Source: Octopus bimaculoides
Taxonomy: Eukaryota
NCBI RefSeq assembly: GCF_001194135.2
Contig: NC_068995.1
Location: 19,160,042-19,224,041, forward strand
Direction: 5' to 3'
Length of the DNA: 64,000 nucleotides
Shown here: positions 39,400 through 52,597 of the stretch, piece after piece
Layout: each line of letters starts with the position of its first letter
How positions within the stretch are numbered: position 1 is the first letter of the stretch
The notes under the pieces: model-generated
Database searches by the model: none
What the model saw: only the letters and a program-made list of their open reading frames with translations
What the model was told of the DNA's origin: nothing
Position numbers and translations under genes: made by a program

Positions 39400-40426
39400 G
39401 TGGCAAACTTGTATTATCAGTCGCACTGCTTGCGCTCCATCCATGCATGGTCGAAAAGATAAAGGCGTCGCGGTTTATGCATTACAAAACCTTTGCAAGT
39501 TAGAATCGTACATTGCATGATTTACCGTGAAGTTTTGGTGTCAAAATCTCTATCTGAAGGTCTCCTGAAGACGATGGTGAATTACATAAAGTCGCATTCC
39601 CTATGGTGCAGACATTTTGCATCCTTATGTCAAAACTATGGATTCTAATTTCAAGTGTTTACTGCTTCATACAGAAGTGCAATGGCTCTCGAAGAGAAAA
39701 GTACTCTCTCGATTTATCTCTTTGCGAACTGAAATATGTTTCTTTGATGCTGAAAATTCTGGATTTTAATTTCTGAACGATGATAATAGGTGGCTGGAAG
39801 TAGCAGTTCTCAACGATTTTTTGAGAAGTTGAACGTTTTAAATTTCAATCTGGAAGGAGCGGACGAAAATATTACTACAATTACAGGCACATTAAAGTCT
39901 TTCATAGAGTAGTTAGATAAGGAAAGTTAAAAACCTGCAACTTGATTGCTTCCCAGACGTAGAGGCTTTCCACACATTTTTTTTTTTTTTTTCAGTAGAA
40001 ACCTCTCTATCATTTTCTAAGTATTTTCCATCATTTGATTATCAAATGTAGGAGTCGGTCATCAATCTTTTCGCAAGATACAAGAGTACACACCTGCCAT
40101 TAACATTAACAGAAGAAAATTTAACAGACTTGAAAAACGATCCTGCGCACAAAGCCTCATTTTCTGTGATAAAATTGTCAGAATTTTAGATTTCGCTTTG
40201 GAGCCAAAATCCTCGATTAGCTACTACACCGTTAAATCTCATCGTATCTTTGCGAATTAAGTATCTCCGCGCTTACGGAAATGAAGTGAAAAAAGCGGGA
40301 ACGATTGCAGATGTTAGATGAGCAGTTACGTATTTGTTTAACTAATCTAGAGCCGCGTTTTGACAATTTTTTTTTCTCAATTAACTGCATCCTTCTCTCT
40401 AATGACATTATTATGTATTATATATG

Positions 40427-40469
<43 letters not shown>

Positions 40470-40630
40470 TCATAAAACAATGCTATTTTATTGTTACTAT
40501 AATAAAAATTATTTTTATTCACACTAATTAAGTATATTCAATTATGTTGGGAATTTTGTTGGGTGTGTCGCAAAATACATTCTCATCGCCCAGTGTGTCG
40601 TAAGGTAAAACAAAAAGTTTTGCATACACC
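39400..40630 (+). mobile_element. hAT (Charlie/Buster-type) transposase remnant with 3' end
   Basis: APSMHG...HCMIYREVL...LLLHTEVQWLS...EKLNVLN and hATC-like LCELSISALTEMK.KKRERLQMLDEQLRICL; degenerate terminal sequence near 40592-40630. Confidence 0.88.
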
Positions 40631-41312
40631 GATCTGGAGCAACTGAACAATGATCGGGATAAAACCTTTTTTTCTAAATGTACTCTCCACTCGCAATTTC
40701 AGCTGAATACCTCTGAATCTGCTTTGTTATACCTTGATAAATTGTGTTGTCTCTTTGAAAGAAAATAGTTGGAAATTATATTAAGATTTGTAGACTTTAA
40801 AAGAAAACCGTTCACTCTGTCGATGATGAACATGTTTGAATGCTATTCAAACTAGATTAGTTATTATTTTTGAAGAGGGGGTCATAGTGTCAAATAGTGG
40901 CGGATTTCGAATATATTTGAAAACGCGGACGAAATCCACTGGAAAATCGCAGTAGTTAAGTCACTATTAATACACTGAATGTAACAAGAATAAAATATGT
41001 AATAAATAATGATTATGTCGGAATGGAACATCGTAATTCAGCAGACATGAATAATTAAAATTATTTCTACACATAAGCTGAAGAACACCGAAAACGCTTC
41101 GACCATATTAAAACTCATCGGGAAGTATCAACCCACTCATATTCTTAGACATTAGCAGTAATGAAACAATAATCATTGATAGCGTCCACAAATGGGGCTT
41201 GAATATTAAGTAATCAGCCTTACAATAGCGTTAGGTTTTAACAATTATTGCAATAATTCTCCTTAAAGATGCAAATACTTAAAAAAATAACGTTGTAATA
41301 TTTATGTTCGAG

Positions 41313-41520
41313 AAGGCGACGATCTGGCAGAATCGCTACCGCAACGGGATAAAAGGCTTAGTGACATTTCGCCCGTCTTAACGTTTTGAGTTCAAATACT
41401 GCCGACGTCGACTTCACCTTTCATCTTTTCGGGGTCGAAATATAAGTACCAATTAAAGACTGGGGTCAATGTAATTGACTTAGCCACTAACCGAACTTGT
41501 TAGTCTAGAACAAGTTGTAG
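41313..41520 (+). mobile_element. SINE family A, full length
   Basis: GGCGACGATCTGGCAGAATCG (A-box region)...GAGTTCAAATACTG (B-box-like)...GTCGACTTCACCTTTCATCTTTTCGGGGTCG. Confidence 0.9.
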
Positions 41521-41869
41521 AATAATTAACGGGAAGGATGCCAAACTTTGCGAGACAGCTGCTCAATCCTGAAAGCGTTGTATCCCCCAGTTCGTCAAAT
41601 GTAATTTGAAAATATGCTTGCCATTGCTTAAAATTTCGGATCTAGTATTAAGTAGTGTGATAGGTTTCTAACCTCTAAAACGAATGTTCTATCTTTCAGC
41701 TAGGCATGAGCTGCAATTATTAGATCCATTTACATATGTCATGGATTTCATGACGATTCTCCACTTGATTGTATCTGGTGTGCAGTTGGTCTTCAAGCTC
41801 CATAAGTGGGTTGCCAACTCAGAAGCTTTCCTTTGATGATGTTTCGGAAAGAAGATAGGTGTTTTGCAT

Positions 41870-42140
41870 CCAGTGACTTCAAGATCAGTTTCTCGTGTAT
41901 CATAACCTCTGTCCTCAATGATTTCAAAAGTAGATGAGACTTTTCATTAATTAATATTTTGAACTCTAGTATATTTATTTCATCGGGCAACAAGTGGTAA
42001 TAAATGCTAAGGCCTCTGAAGAGCTTCAACTCACGACACAGTATAATGAAACTAAATATCAGTTTGTCAACATATTATCTTTTCTACTACACCACTTTTG
42101 TCAAAAGGAAGCTAGTAGCCCTTTCTGCAACAAATTCATA
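41870..42140 (-). pseudogene. Penelope-like GIY-YIG endonuclease remnant
   Basis: LPFDKSGVVEKIIC resembles the (D)KSGVVYKIxC GIY half; downstream FKILINEKSHLLLKSL..VMIHEK resembles the GIY-YIG C-terminal helix. Confidence 0.5.
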
Positions 42141-42167
42141 GCCTGCAACTTTGAGGGGTGTGGGGAT

Positions 42168-42330
42168 GAACGATAATATTGACTCCAGTCCTCAACTGGT
42201 ACTTTTTCAACTACTCCGAAATAATGAAAGACAAAGTCGATTTCGGCGGCATTTCAACTCAGAACTTAAAGGCGGAGGAAATACTGCTAAATATTTTGTC
42301 CGGTGTACTAACGATTCAGCCACCTCACCG
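42168..42330 (-). mobile_element. SINE family A
   Basis: AACTGGTACT...AAAGTCGATTTCGGCGGCATTTCAACTCAGAAC...AACGATTCAGCCA. Confidence 0.8.
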
Positions 42331-44759
42331 ACGAAATGGATGCTAATATAAATCTCATATGATGGCATGTTAAGCATAAAAAGATATCTAACGGAGTCTA
42401 GACAGATTTCTTTTAAAAAAGAGTCTAAACAGATTCCTTCAAAGAATACCAGATAAGCCACCCATATCTGGATACAACTCACTCAATAAAACTCACTACT
42501 TGAATGGACCATAAACAAAACTTGACTTAAAAGGATTTAAATAATCCTATCAGGTGGTGCTATTAAGTTAGACACGGTCTGGACCTATCTTTGATCGAAA
42601 CATATCTAAGTTTATCTGAGTTTAACATGGAAAAGATATTCTATAAATCGTAACGTTAAATAATATACAAATATAACGTGCTCTGTTTGGAATAGTAGTA
42701 ATAGTAGAATCTAAGAAATTATAACCTGAATGTCTTTAACAAGAGCAATGTCTACATATAACGTGTCACCGTATAAGAGAAATAAGTATATAAATAAATA
42801 TGAAACGCTTATCATATTGGCTTCTAAAAGTCTTCATATTTTGGCCATTATCTTTCCTTAGATACGACACATTCTATTGATTAGAGACGAACTCTTAGTA
42901 ATAAGACTTTATCGGAATGAGGAGGATCAATAAGGTCAAAACGTCTGAAGCTGGTGACACCACTTCAGGTCGATACGTTTCACAACTGTATCTTTATAAT
43001 TTAAATAGTCTAGGCTCTTAATCATTGGCATGTTGCAGTCGATGGAATGAATGAATTTATGATGAGGTGAATGAAAACAATAATTATTGGTGAAAGTGTT
43101 TGGTGGTGAAAGTTTACTTATTGATTGCCACCTGATAAATAATTATCTCTAGCATTAATGCGTATTCAAGTGGATTACACAAGAAAGACATCTTATACGA
43201 AATGCCTTATTTAACAAAATATAGTCTGTCTTTCGTGAAATCAAACATAAAAAGAATAAGATATTATATATGTGCGTGTGTGTGTGTGTGTGTAGATTGA
43301 TTGATAGATATATGGATATATATATATATATATATATACTTACACACGCACACATACATATATATGCATATATACATATATGATGTGATATGTCTGTGTG
43401 TCTTTGTATGCATGTATGTAGCTTAAGTAAAATTACCCTTAAATCGATCTGCAATCAACAAAATGGTGATAACATGTATTATATATCACAAAATTGTTTA
43501 TATATGATATCTACAGCGATTCGGAAACGCCGAACTTCGGCAAATTTTGAAGTGTCTCTCACCTTTTGAATAATCTCAGTTTTCATTAGCGGCATAAGTC
43601 TTTCAATTATTTTCCATTTTTTTCTTTTTTTTTTTTCTCACGGAAAATGATATATACTTCAGCATCCTATTAATTGTTAATTCTGCACAAAAGGAAGGAA
43701 TAGACCTTCCATTCCGCGATCTACATCTTCTTTAGTTGTAGTCACACATACAGTAGGCTTATGTTTGGTGTTCAGTTTTATACCATATATTGTGACTGTT
43801 CTACTAAAAATCAAAACGAAAACATGTGAACAACTATATCAAGGCACCCCAGGCGCCACTCTACTAATTATACCAATACCACCCACCTTGAAATTGTCTT
43901 TTATTTATTTGTAATAGAAATATGAAAATTGACATTTGTCCTCAGTATGATCTGAACTCAGAACACACGCATAAAAAAAATGCAACAAATAACACAAGGC
44001 ACATTGCTTGATAAGCAGAGGATTGCCTCGATTCTCAGTTTGCCGGCACAAGGCCGTACTAACTTCTAAGAAAAATGTTTGTAACAATAATATCATTTAT
44101 TGTAAGCAACGGAAACTGTGACGTTTCAGATTTAAATAATTCGATTTCTACAGAACCGTCGTTCCGATTATAAGGACCTTCTTTGCGCTGCGGTTATATA
44201 ATCAGTTATTCCAATCGTGCACTTACCTTATATATTCGTTATTGATTCCGTAAAGTTTTCATTTTGAAATTAAAAGACTTTTATAAGAACTAAACTTTGG
44301 ATTTTCCGACTCAACCGATTTTGGCATTCAACCATCACCCTATGTGTTCATATATTATTATCAAAAGGAGAAACCTGCTTAGTCTTATGCAATATTGACT
44401 AGAAATGTCTGAAAGCAATCAGTATTCTTTTATTCTCGAATTGAGAATATATAAGGAAGACAGTAGTTTCTAATATCGACTCAGTACTTTGCTGGTTCTT
44501 TACTGGACTTACCAACCACTTAAAGGACAATGTCGTATCACGTGGGAGAGATTTCAACTCTTAAAAAATAGGTCCACAGTGACATAAAGGAAGGAATCAT
44601 CACTACAGCTCTACGGAGTTTTCCTTTCTTATACAGTTTTCGAGTCAATAATGAAACTTAACTTTGTGATTTCACCTTTAAGATGTAGCGTAATAATCTC
44701 TCTCAATGTGTAATTTAGTGTCTTAAAAAAAAACATGGTACACCATGTATAATATTGGC

Positions 44760-44975
44760 TTAAATTTTTGACGAAAGGCCAGCAATTTTGGGGGAGTGGG
44801 ACCAAGTTAATTAAATCGAACCCAGTGTTCAGCTGATTCTTATTTTATCAACCCTCAAAAGAATGAAAGCAAAAGTTGACTGCGGCGGCATTTGAATACA
44901 GAAAGTAAAGACGGGAAAAATGCATGACGGCATTTTGTTCGGGGTGCTGTCGATTCTGCCAGCCCACCGCCTTAA
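44760..44975 (-). mobile_element. SINE family A
   Basis: AAGGCCAGCAATTTTGGGG...AAAGTTGACTGCGGCGGCATTTGAA...CGATTCTGCCAGCCCACCGCCTT. Confidence 0.85.
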
Positions 44976-45159
44976 CACCATACATAATACTGTGAACTTA
45001 TACTTACACAGTCCCTGCACAAGGAGAAGAGATGACTATGATTCGAATAGTGGTTCATCATCAGCAATCGTGTCTGTTAAAGTTGATGGATGTGTTATTT
45101 CCTACGCAAATAAATATATTCTTATCTTAGAAGTAAATCATTATTTTGGGTTAAAAAAA

Positions 45160-45333
45160 AAAGAAAGCAGTTCGTAAAGAAAGCAGTTCGTAAAGAAAGC
45201 AGTTCGTAAAGAAAGCAGTTCGTAAAGNNNNNNNNNNAGTTCGTAAAGAAAGCAGTTCGTAAAGAAAGCAGTTCGTAAAGAAAGCAGTTCGTAAAGAAAG
45301 CAGTTTGTAAAGAAAGCAGTTCGTAAAGAAAGC
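45160..45333. repeat. 16-bp minisatellite (AAAGAAAGCAGTTCGT)n, at least 10 copies, gap inside
   Basis: About 4 copies before and 6 after the 10-N gap; one variant unit. Confidence 0.97.
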
Positions 45334-45336
45334 TTT

Positions 45337-45515
45337 GGCGAGGTGGCAGAGACTTTACCGCGTTGAACAAAATGCATAGCAGTATTTCTTGACTCTCTGT
45401 TCACTGAGTTCAAATCCTACTAAGGTCAAAATTTCGGGTGAAAAAATAACGTATCAAGAGTTGACGGCATTGACTAACACCCCACCAACTTACACATGCT
45501 CGCCTTGTGCCAAAG
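45337..45515 (+). mobile_element. SINE family A, degenerate
   Basis: GGCGAGGTGGCAGAG...CTGAGTTCAAATCC...CCTTGTGCCAAA. Confidence 0.7.
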
Positions 45516-45552
45516 CCACAGTGATGAATCATTATCATTATTATTATTATTA

Positions 45553-45589
<37 letters not shown>

Positions 45590-46036
45590 TACTACTACTA
45601 CTACTATTATTTCTATTAGAGATAAGTGGTTTTCAACAGCGCTAGATAGTACACAAAAATCAATTACAAGAGAAACCTACATAGTCATGCTACCGTATCG
45701 ACAGTATCGGAGGAATGGTAGTCAATTCTATTGACTATTAATCAACATATTGAACGCTACGGATAAGAATAATTATACACATACGAACAACAGATGGCTG
45801 ATTTGAATCTCTAAAGACACACTTCTGAAGAAGCAAGTAGTCGAAGATATGAATAGAAGTCACTGCCAAGTGAGTGAGTTCTCATCACTGTAAAATGATG
45901 AGTATTGTTGCATTATTGCATTACTCCGTTTAGATAATAATCTGGATAATTTGGGATAAAGATGAATTCATCATTCATGTCTTAGTGCCGTTTTACATCA
46001 TAAACAACACACATATACGTACACGTGAGTGCATAC

Positions 46037-46076
<40 letters not shown>

Positions 46077-46149
46077 NNNNNNNNNNNNNNNNNNNNNNNN
46101 NNNNNNNNNNNNNNNNNNNNNNNNNNNNNNNNNNNNNNNNNNNNNNNNN

Positions 46150-49100
46150 ATGATGATGATGATGATGATGACGATGACGATGGTGGTAGGGATAATGATG
46201 ATGGTGATGATGATGATGATGATTGCGTCTTCTTGAGAGATAGCTGACCTGTCAATACACACACCACACAACATCACAGTCCAATCAATTCGTTGATGAG
46301 CCCTCAGATGACTGTTAAGACAGCTTGCTGACTGTCACAGGTATTATTCAAGTTTCTTCTAAATCTTTGTCCTTTGGAATATGATTCTGAATGAATATTT
46401 TGTGTACTAGCATATGCTTTTGAAGTGCAGATGTTGTCTTACAACTTTTGTGACATATAACAAAAGTCCTAAGAGGCGGTTGGTGAAATACCTACCGGAG
46501 CATTTCAATTTTCATGTGACTTCATATGATTCATGTATCCTGCTTTGGTAATAGAACATAATCACATTTAATGAATATCCAATGTTCACTGTTGATTACA
46601 GTTGCAGTCGTTCCTTTGCGACAGGTCCTTTTAAGTTCAGAGTGCTGAATCATCTTTTCCTCCCAAGCATTGCAACCAATCCTAACAGCACCTCTTCACT
46701 TATTCCGATCTAGTACACCAGTTTCCCACTCAATTTTTTTCATGTCTAGTTTCTTCAGGTTTTCCTTCATACAGTTTTTATACCTTTTCCTCGGCTTGTG
46801 ATCGCCTACCAGAGTTGAGCTCATCATAAAAAGACGCTTTGGCAATCGCTCGTCAATTATTCTTATAACAAGTCCAGTCCATCTAATTTGAGCCATGATA
46901 ACACATTCAATTGAGTTACAACGTGCCATGCACAAAACTTCTATATATGGTATGAAGTATTCTCACTTAACTCCTAAGTGGTCTCTGTCTCTCTTGAATA
47001 AAGAGGTGCAGTCAATACGCTTTATAGACATTAATTTTTGTCTGCAGGAAATGCCTCCATCCGCCCATACCCGCTTTTCGAGCTTTCCAAATGCAACACT
47101 CTCCTTCCCTATTCGATAGTATATCTCTGCATTAAGACCACCATCTCTTGACAATGTGCTTCCAAAGTAAACAAAGATGTCAACGACTTCTAATCTTGCT
47201 CCATTCACAAAAATGCTTGGTTCAGAATATGTTTGTCCCGGCATAGGAGTAAACATTACTTTGGTTTTTCCCCTGACTACTTGTAAGTCCCAAATGTACA
47301 CTTTCAGAGGAAAATCTGTTCATTATATGTTGCTTATCCACCCCCTCTGAGTGTTGCAACACATCAGCATTATCAGCATGAAGTAATTCTCTATCAATTG
47401 TCTTGAAAGTCTTTGCTTTGCAGCTAAACTGGATCAAATTAAGATGCTACCAGTTGTCTGAATCTGATTGCGATTCTCCAGTTGCAATCCTTGAAAACAT
47501 ACCAAAACAATATAGCAAAATAAATACAGAAAAGTGTAGGTGCAGCCATATTTCCGTTTGACACCGTTGTCCACCAAAAATTCATGAGAAGGCTCACTAT
47601 TAAAGATTACCTGAGCTTTCATATTTCTATATAGTTCCTTAAAGATGCTCACAAAATATGTTCGGAAACTAAGTTTACACAAAACAATCCACAGTGCCTC
47701 TGTTCACTGTGTCAAATGCTTATTTAAATCTATGAAGACCTGATATATCTGAATTTGTTCCTCTAAGCATATCTCCTGAACCTGCCTCACAGAAAATATC
47801 ATGTCCATTTTTTCTGGGTCAGGTCTGAAACCGCACTGTTCTTCCAGAATCATATGTGGACACACATTCTCAACGAGATGTTCTAACATGATCCATGAAT
47901 GTATCTTTATGGTGTGTGTCAGGAGAGTTATCCCTCTAGAATCACTACACACTGCTTTTTGGACCCTTACCTTTGTATACAGATATTAGAATGTCACTTA
48001 TCCATTCCTGTGGCATAGAAGATTAATTCCAAACCCGAGTCATCAAGATATGAATTTCAGAGGAAATATGATCCTCACCTGCTTTCAGAAATTCAATTGG
48101 AATACCATCCAATCCAGGAGCTTTACCTGATCTCAGTTTACATAATTTACTAATTCAATGGAAGGTATATTGTTCATGTGTTGTACAATCTCTTTTTGCG
48201 GAATGTTGTTTATGATATGTATGTTCACAACAGACGGATTATGAAAAAGGTCTACAGGCCGCCTGTACTTCCTCAGACAAATTTCTCCCCCAAGTGTATT
48301 TAAACCTCCTGGGTTTTTTTTGCAAATTTGCTTTCTGAGACTTGTACAACATTTCTAGTTGCACCTTGTTCTTAGGGTATGGGTCACGAAGCTTTTCATA
48401 AGTGGATCGCTTTGTTGCTAAAGGCTCGTTTATCACTGTAACAAAGGAATAAAACCAGTCTCGGTACTGTCCCTTCTTAAAACCTAACACCTCTGATACA
48501 ATTTTATATAGTTCATCCCGAAAAGTTTTGCCATGAACCTTCAAAATGAACATCGCTGCGTCTCTCCTGAAATAAATGCAAAACTTGTGGTCGTTTTAGC
48601 TGCGCTTCATCAATTCTCTTTGGTACTCGTACACCTGCACTAAGAATTTTCTTGCGGAATCTGAATTCGAACTTGGCCCTCACCAACCTGTGACCAGTAT
48701 CAAAATTAGCACCTCGCAATTCTCTGAGACTTCACAGATGTTGTAAGACAACTTTCCGAGTTAATACAAAGTCAATCATGTGACCTTGCTTTGATCTTGG
48801 GGGAATCCAGGTAACTTTATACTTTAACTTATAATTAACGAAAGTATTCTCAACCACCGAATCTACCTCAGAGCACACATGTGGCAGATGCAACCTATTG
48901 TTGTTCATTTATCCTATTCTGTAACACTCAAGTATATTCCAAGAAGCATAGTCTCTACAGCGCGTTTCATTAAATTCACCAAGCACAACTAGCTTCTCAT
49001 TCAAAGGAACTGACGGAATACTTCTTCTAAACTTCATAAAATGCATGGATATTTTCCTCAGTAGATGAAAGTGAAGGAGTATAGATAGAGAAAACAGTTA

Positions 49101-49196
49101 CAAAACGTCTACAAGAAAGTGGGATCCGGATTTCCATTATGCGTTTATTTATGCATTGTTTTTGTTCTTGGTCTTTTAGCATAATCATTCCTACTC
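46150..49196 (-). mobile_element. RTE-clade LINE, 5'-truncated and decayed
   Basis: EN (RIMEIRIPL..VFSIYTPSL), RT (RGITLL...EEQCGFRP...VFIDL; KTKVMFTP...FVYFGSTLS), QIRWTGLVIRI..RLPK, C-terminal zinc-finger-like KAGYMNHMKSH, 3' (ATC)n tail at 46150-46225. Confidence 0.95.
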
Positions 49197-49372
49197 TAGG
49201 CACAAGAGCCGAAATATTTCGGGAGGGGCCAGTCGATTGGATCGACCTCAGTACGCAACTGGTACTTAATTTATCAGCCCCAACATAGTGAAAGGCAAAG
49301 TCAACCTCGGCTGAATTTGAACCCAGAACGTAAAGACAACGGAATACCACTAAGCATTTCGCCCTGCATGCT
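49197..49372 (-). mobile_element. SINE family A at the RTE 5' truncation point
   Basis: GTCGATTGGATCGACC...GGCAAAGTCAACCTCGGCTGAATTTGAACCCAGAACGTAAAGAC. Confidence 0.88.
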
Positions 49373-51469
49373 NNNNNNNNNNNNNNNNNNNNNNNNNNNN
49401 NNNNNNNNNNNNNNNNNNNNNNNNNNNNNNNNNNNNNNNNNNNNNNNNNNNNNNNNNNNNNNNNNNNNNNNNNNNNNNNNNNNNNNNNNNNNNNNNNNNN
49501 NNNNNNNNNNNNNNNNNNNNNNNNNNNNNNNNNNNNNNNNNNNNNNNNNNNNNNNNNNNNNNNNNNNNNNNNNNNNNNNNNNNNNNNNNNNNNNNNNNNN
49601 NNNNNNNNNNNNNNNNNNNNNNNNNNNNNNNNNNNNNNNNNNNNNNNNNNNNNNNNNNNNNNNNNNNNNNNNNNNNNNNNNNNNNNNNNNNNNNNNNNNN
49701 NNNNNNNNNNNNNNNNNNNNNNNNNNNNNNNNNNNNNNNNNNNNNNNNNNNNNNNNNNNNNNNNNNNNNNNNNNNNNNNNNNNNNNNNNNNNNNNNNNNN
49801 NNNNNNNNNNNNNNNNNNNNNNNNNNNNNNNNNNNNNNNNNNNNNNNNNNNNNNNNNNNNNNNNNNNNNNNNNNNNNNNNNNNNNNNNNNNNNNNNNNNN
49901 NNNNNNNNNNNNNNNNNNNNNNNNNNNNNNNNNNNNNNNNNNNNNNNNNNNNNNNNNNNNNNNNNNNNNNNNNNNNNNNNNNNNNNNNNNNNNNNNNNNN
50001 NNNNNNNNNNNNNNNNNNNNNNNNNNNNNNNNNNNNNNNNNNNNNNNNNNNNNNNNNNNNNNNNNNNNNNNNNNNNNNNNNNNNNNNNNNNNNNNNNNNN
50101 NNNNNNNNNNNNNNNNNNNNNNNNNNNNNNNNNNNNNNNNNNNNNNNNNNNNNNNNNNNNNNNNNNNNNNNNNNNNNNNNNNNNNNNNNNNNNNNNNNNN
50201 NNNNNNNNNNNNNNNNNNNNNNNNNNNNNNNNNNNNNNNNNNNNNNNNNNNNNNNNNNNNNNNNNNNNNNNNNNNNNNNNNNNNNNNNNNNNNNNNNNNN
50301 NNNNNNNNNNNNNNNNNNNNNNNNNNNNNNNNTATATATATATATATATATATATGTATATAGTATTAAATTGCTTCTAACAGAATATTTGAATTTTATT
50401 CTGCTTGTGATGCGTTACTCCACATCAACAAATAAATTTTATACTCTGTGCGTGTATAATTCACATATGGCGTTTTCCGGTTCACTTGGAAAGTGGTGCG
50501 AGTATATATGATACACACACACACAAACCCATACACACACACACACACACACACATATAAATACAAACGCTCCCATACATTTATACATGCTAGAATCATT
50601 CGTACACATAGATGTGTTTGTGCATGTTGAATTTAACTATATAGATACTACATACTTAGCTTACAATAGTCTAAAACTAAAACACCAACATCTATTATGA
50701 GAAACGCAAGAATGTTTCTCTCTGTAATCTTAATCGAAACCAAATTTCAAAGTCATTTTCTAACATTTTAACGATCTCTATGCAGTGAAGAGAAAGTAAC
50801 TCGTGCATAGATCTGTGGGAAAGTTGGATGTTGATGAGAAAAAAAAAACTGTGTAACAATTGAACGAAAATATTTAAAATTAGGTTGGAAGTCCACTTGT
50901 GTTTCACTTGTAATCCATGTCTGTTTGTTGTTCTCGGTCCAATATTCTCTGCAACTCTTGTAGATGCCATCAGCTGGGATGCGATCTTGTCGTTAAAAAC
51001 ACAAAATTTCGTCATACGCTCTGGCTGATAAGTGATAAGGAATTAGGGACATTCTGTGTCTGTTCTCCGTTCGTCTGTGCATTTAGTATATGTTTTTTAA
51101 CATGCCATTCTATGTCTGTTTTTCGTTTGTACATTTACAATACAGTTTTTTTAATTATTAAGCGACGAAACGCAACGCACCAGTTTTTATTCACAGTAGG
51201 CCACTTATATATGCGTACGACTTCTATTTCTAGCCTATTTTGTTTCTCCTTCTTCTCTTTCTGTCTCTTTCTTTCTCTCTCTCCTCCTCTGTCTCTCTCT
51301 CTTTTGCTCTCTCTCTCTCTCTCTCTCTCTCGTTCTCTTTCTCCACTGCCCTCTGCATCTCATTCTGCCTGCTTCTGACACGTGACCCGTGGAGAGCTTC
51401 TTTTTTTCTCTCTTTCATATTTTACATCGGTCGTCAATTCTCTAGTCTCCACTCCAGTCTGTCTCACTT

Positions 51470-51795
51470 ATTTACGGTTAAACACACCAGCATCGGTTGC
51501 GAAGCTATGGCGGAGGAACAAAGACTGACACAAAGACATACACACACACAAACACACACACACACACACACACACANNNNNNNNNNNNNNNNNNNNNNNN
51601 NNNNNNNNNNNNNNNNNNNNNNNNNNNNNNNNNNNNNNNNNNNNNNNNNNNNNNNNNNNNNNNNNNNNNNNNNNNNNATATATATATACGACATACTTCT
51701 TTCAATTTTAGTTGACCAAATCTGGAGACATGCAGCGCAGTGGGACTGAACCCGAAACCTTGTGATTAGGGAGCAAGCTTCTTTCCACACAACCA
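51470..51795 (-). mobile_element. SINE family B spanning a gap
   Basis: AAACACACCAGCATCGGTTG...(CA)n...GCAGTGGGACTGAACCCGAAACC. Confidence 0.8.
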
Positions 51796-51797
51796 TA

Positions 51798-52154
51798 TTT
51801 ACCTCCGCCTTAGTGAAGGCGGAGGTATTGCTTTTCAGTTGTGTTTGTTTGTTTGTCTGTTTAACTGTGGATGGATTCGGATGAAATTTTGAAGGGTGTT
51901 TGGTCTTGTGATTGGCACAAATGGATCAGATGTTGGGATTGATCAGTTACCGGACAAGGATTTCGGATGATTTTTCTTGCTTTTTGACTTAAATTTTGAG
52001 AGCGGTCGGGTTCATTTTTAGTATTCTCATTTGAGATAACAGTCGAATTTATTTCAGATATTCTCATTTTAAAATTCATCTCCAGCTAATCCTTAACCAA
52101 GGCAACGTTGGTGTTGCTTTGGTGAAGGTTTGCAATCTCTGAATGCCCTTGTTT
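51798..52154 (+). mobile_element. Helentron-associated/DINE-1-like non-autonomous element
   Basis: 5' hairpin TACCTCCGCCTT-agtg-AAGGCGGAGGTA, short (TTTG)n-like tract, 3' degenerate subTIR GGTGAAGGT followed by CTCTGAATGCCCTT. Confidence 0.7.
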
Positions 52155-52597
52155 GCGATGTCTATGAATTCGTCTTTATGCAGTTATCCGATATTATTGT
52201 ATTTTTTCGTTTATATCGTTCCGAATACAATTGTCATTGTATTTGTTGTACTCCAGTGACTTGAACACGTATTTATGTATTGGCTATTTGCATTTGTCAG
52301 CGGCCTTCTGGTCCCAGACTGGCATCTATCGAATACATATGGATGAAGAGGTGTCACATTTGACATTAAATAACACTTGTGTTATATTTTGCTCACTCCA
52401 TGTCTGTTTTCTAGAGGATATCAAAGCTGTAAAACTGTGCAATAACTGAAAGAATAGAATTATCTCGATTTTGTATGAGTTTTAAAACGGCGTTGACTAT
52501 CACATTTTAACTCGCGTAATGAAAATTCGGAAAGTTGCATTTCAATTTTCACTTTCTTTTGGGAACTCATTGGGTCCGCAATGTTTAGGCATTCGAG

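Noticed and set aside
42944-42992. CTGAAG..CTTCAG hairpin plus nearby GAAACGTA
   Set aside because: The order and spacing of the motifs do not fit a hammerhead fold.
45160-45333. CRISPR-like array
   Set aside because: Units are contiguous with no unique spacers, in eukaryotic context with no cas genes; it is a minisatellite.
50860-50985. Coding-looking minus-strand frame RIPADGIYKSCREYWTENNKQTW
   Set aside because: Weak AAG acceptor, no good donor, no recognised homology.
52299-52348. Plus-strand AFWSQTGIYRIHMDEE, faintly like a YWTD repeat
   Set aside because: Too short, poor donor (GTGTCA), and no neighbouring repeats.
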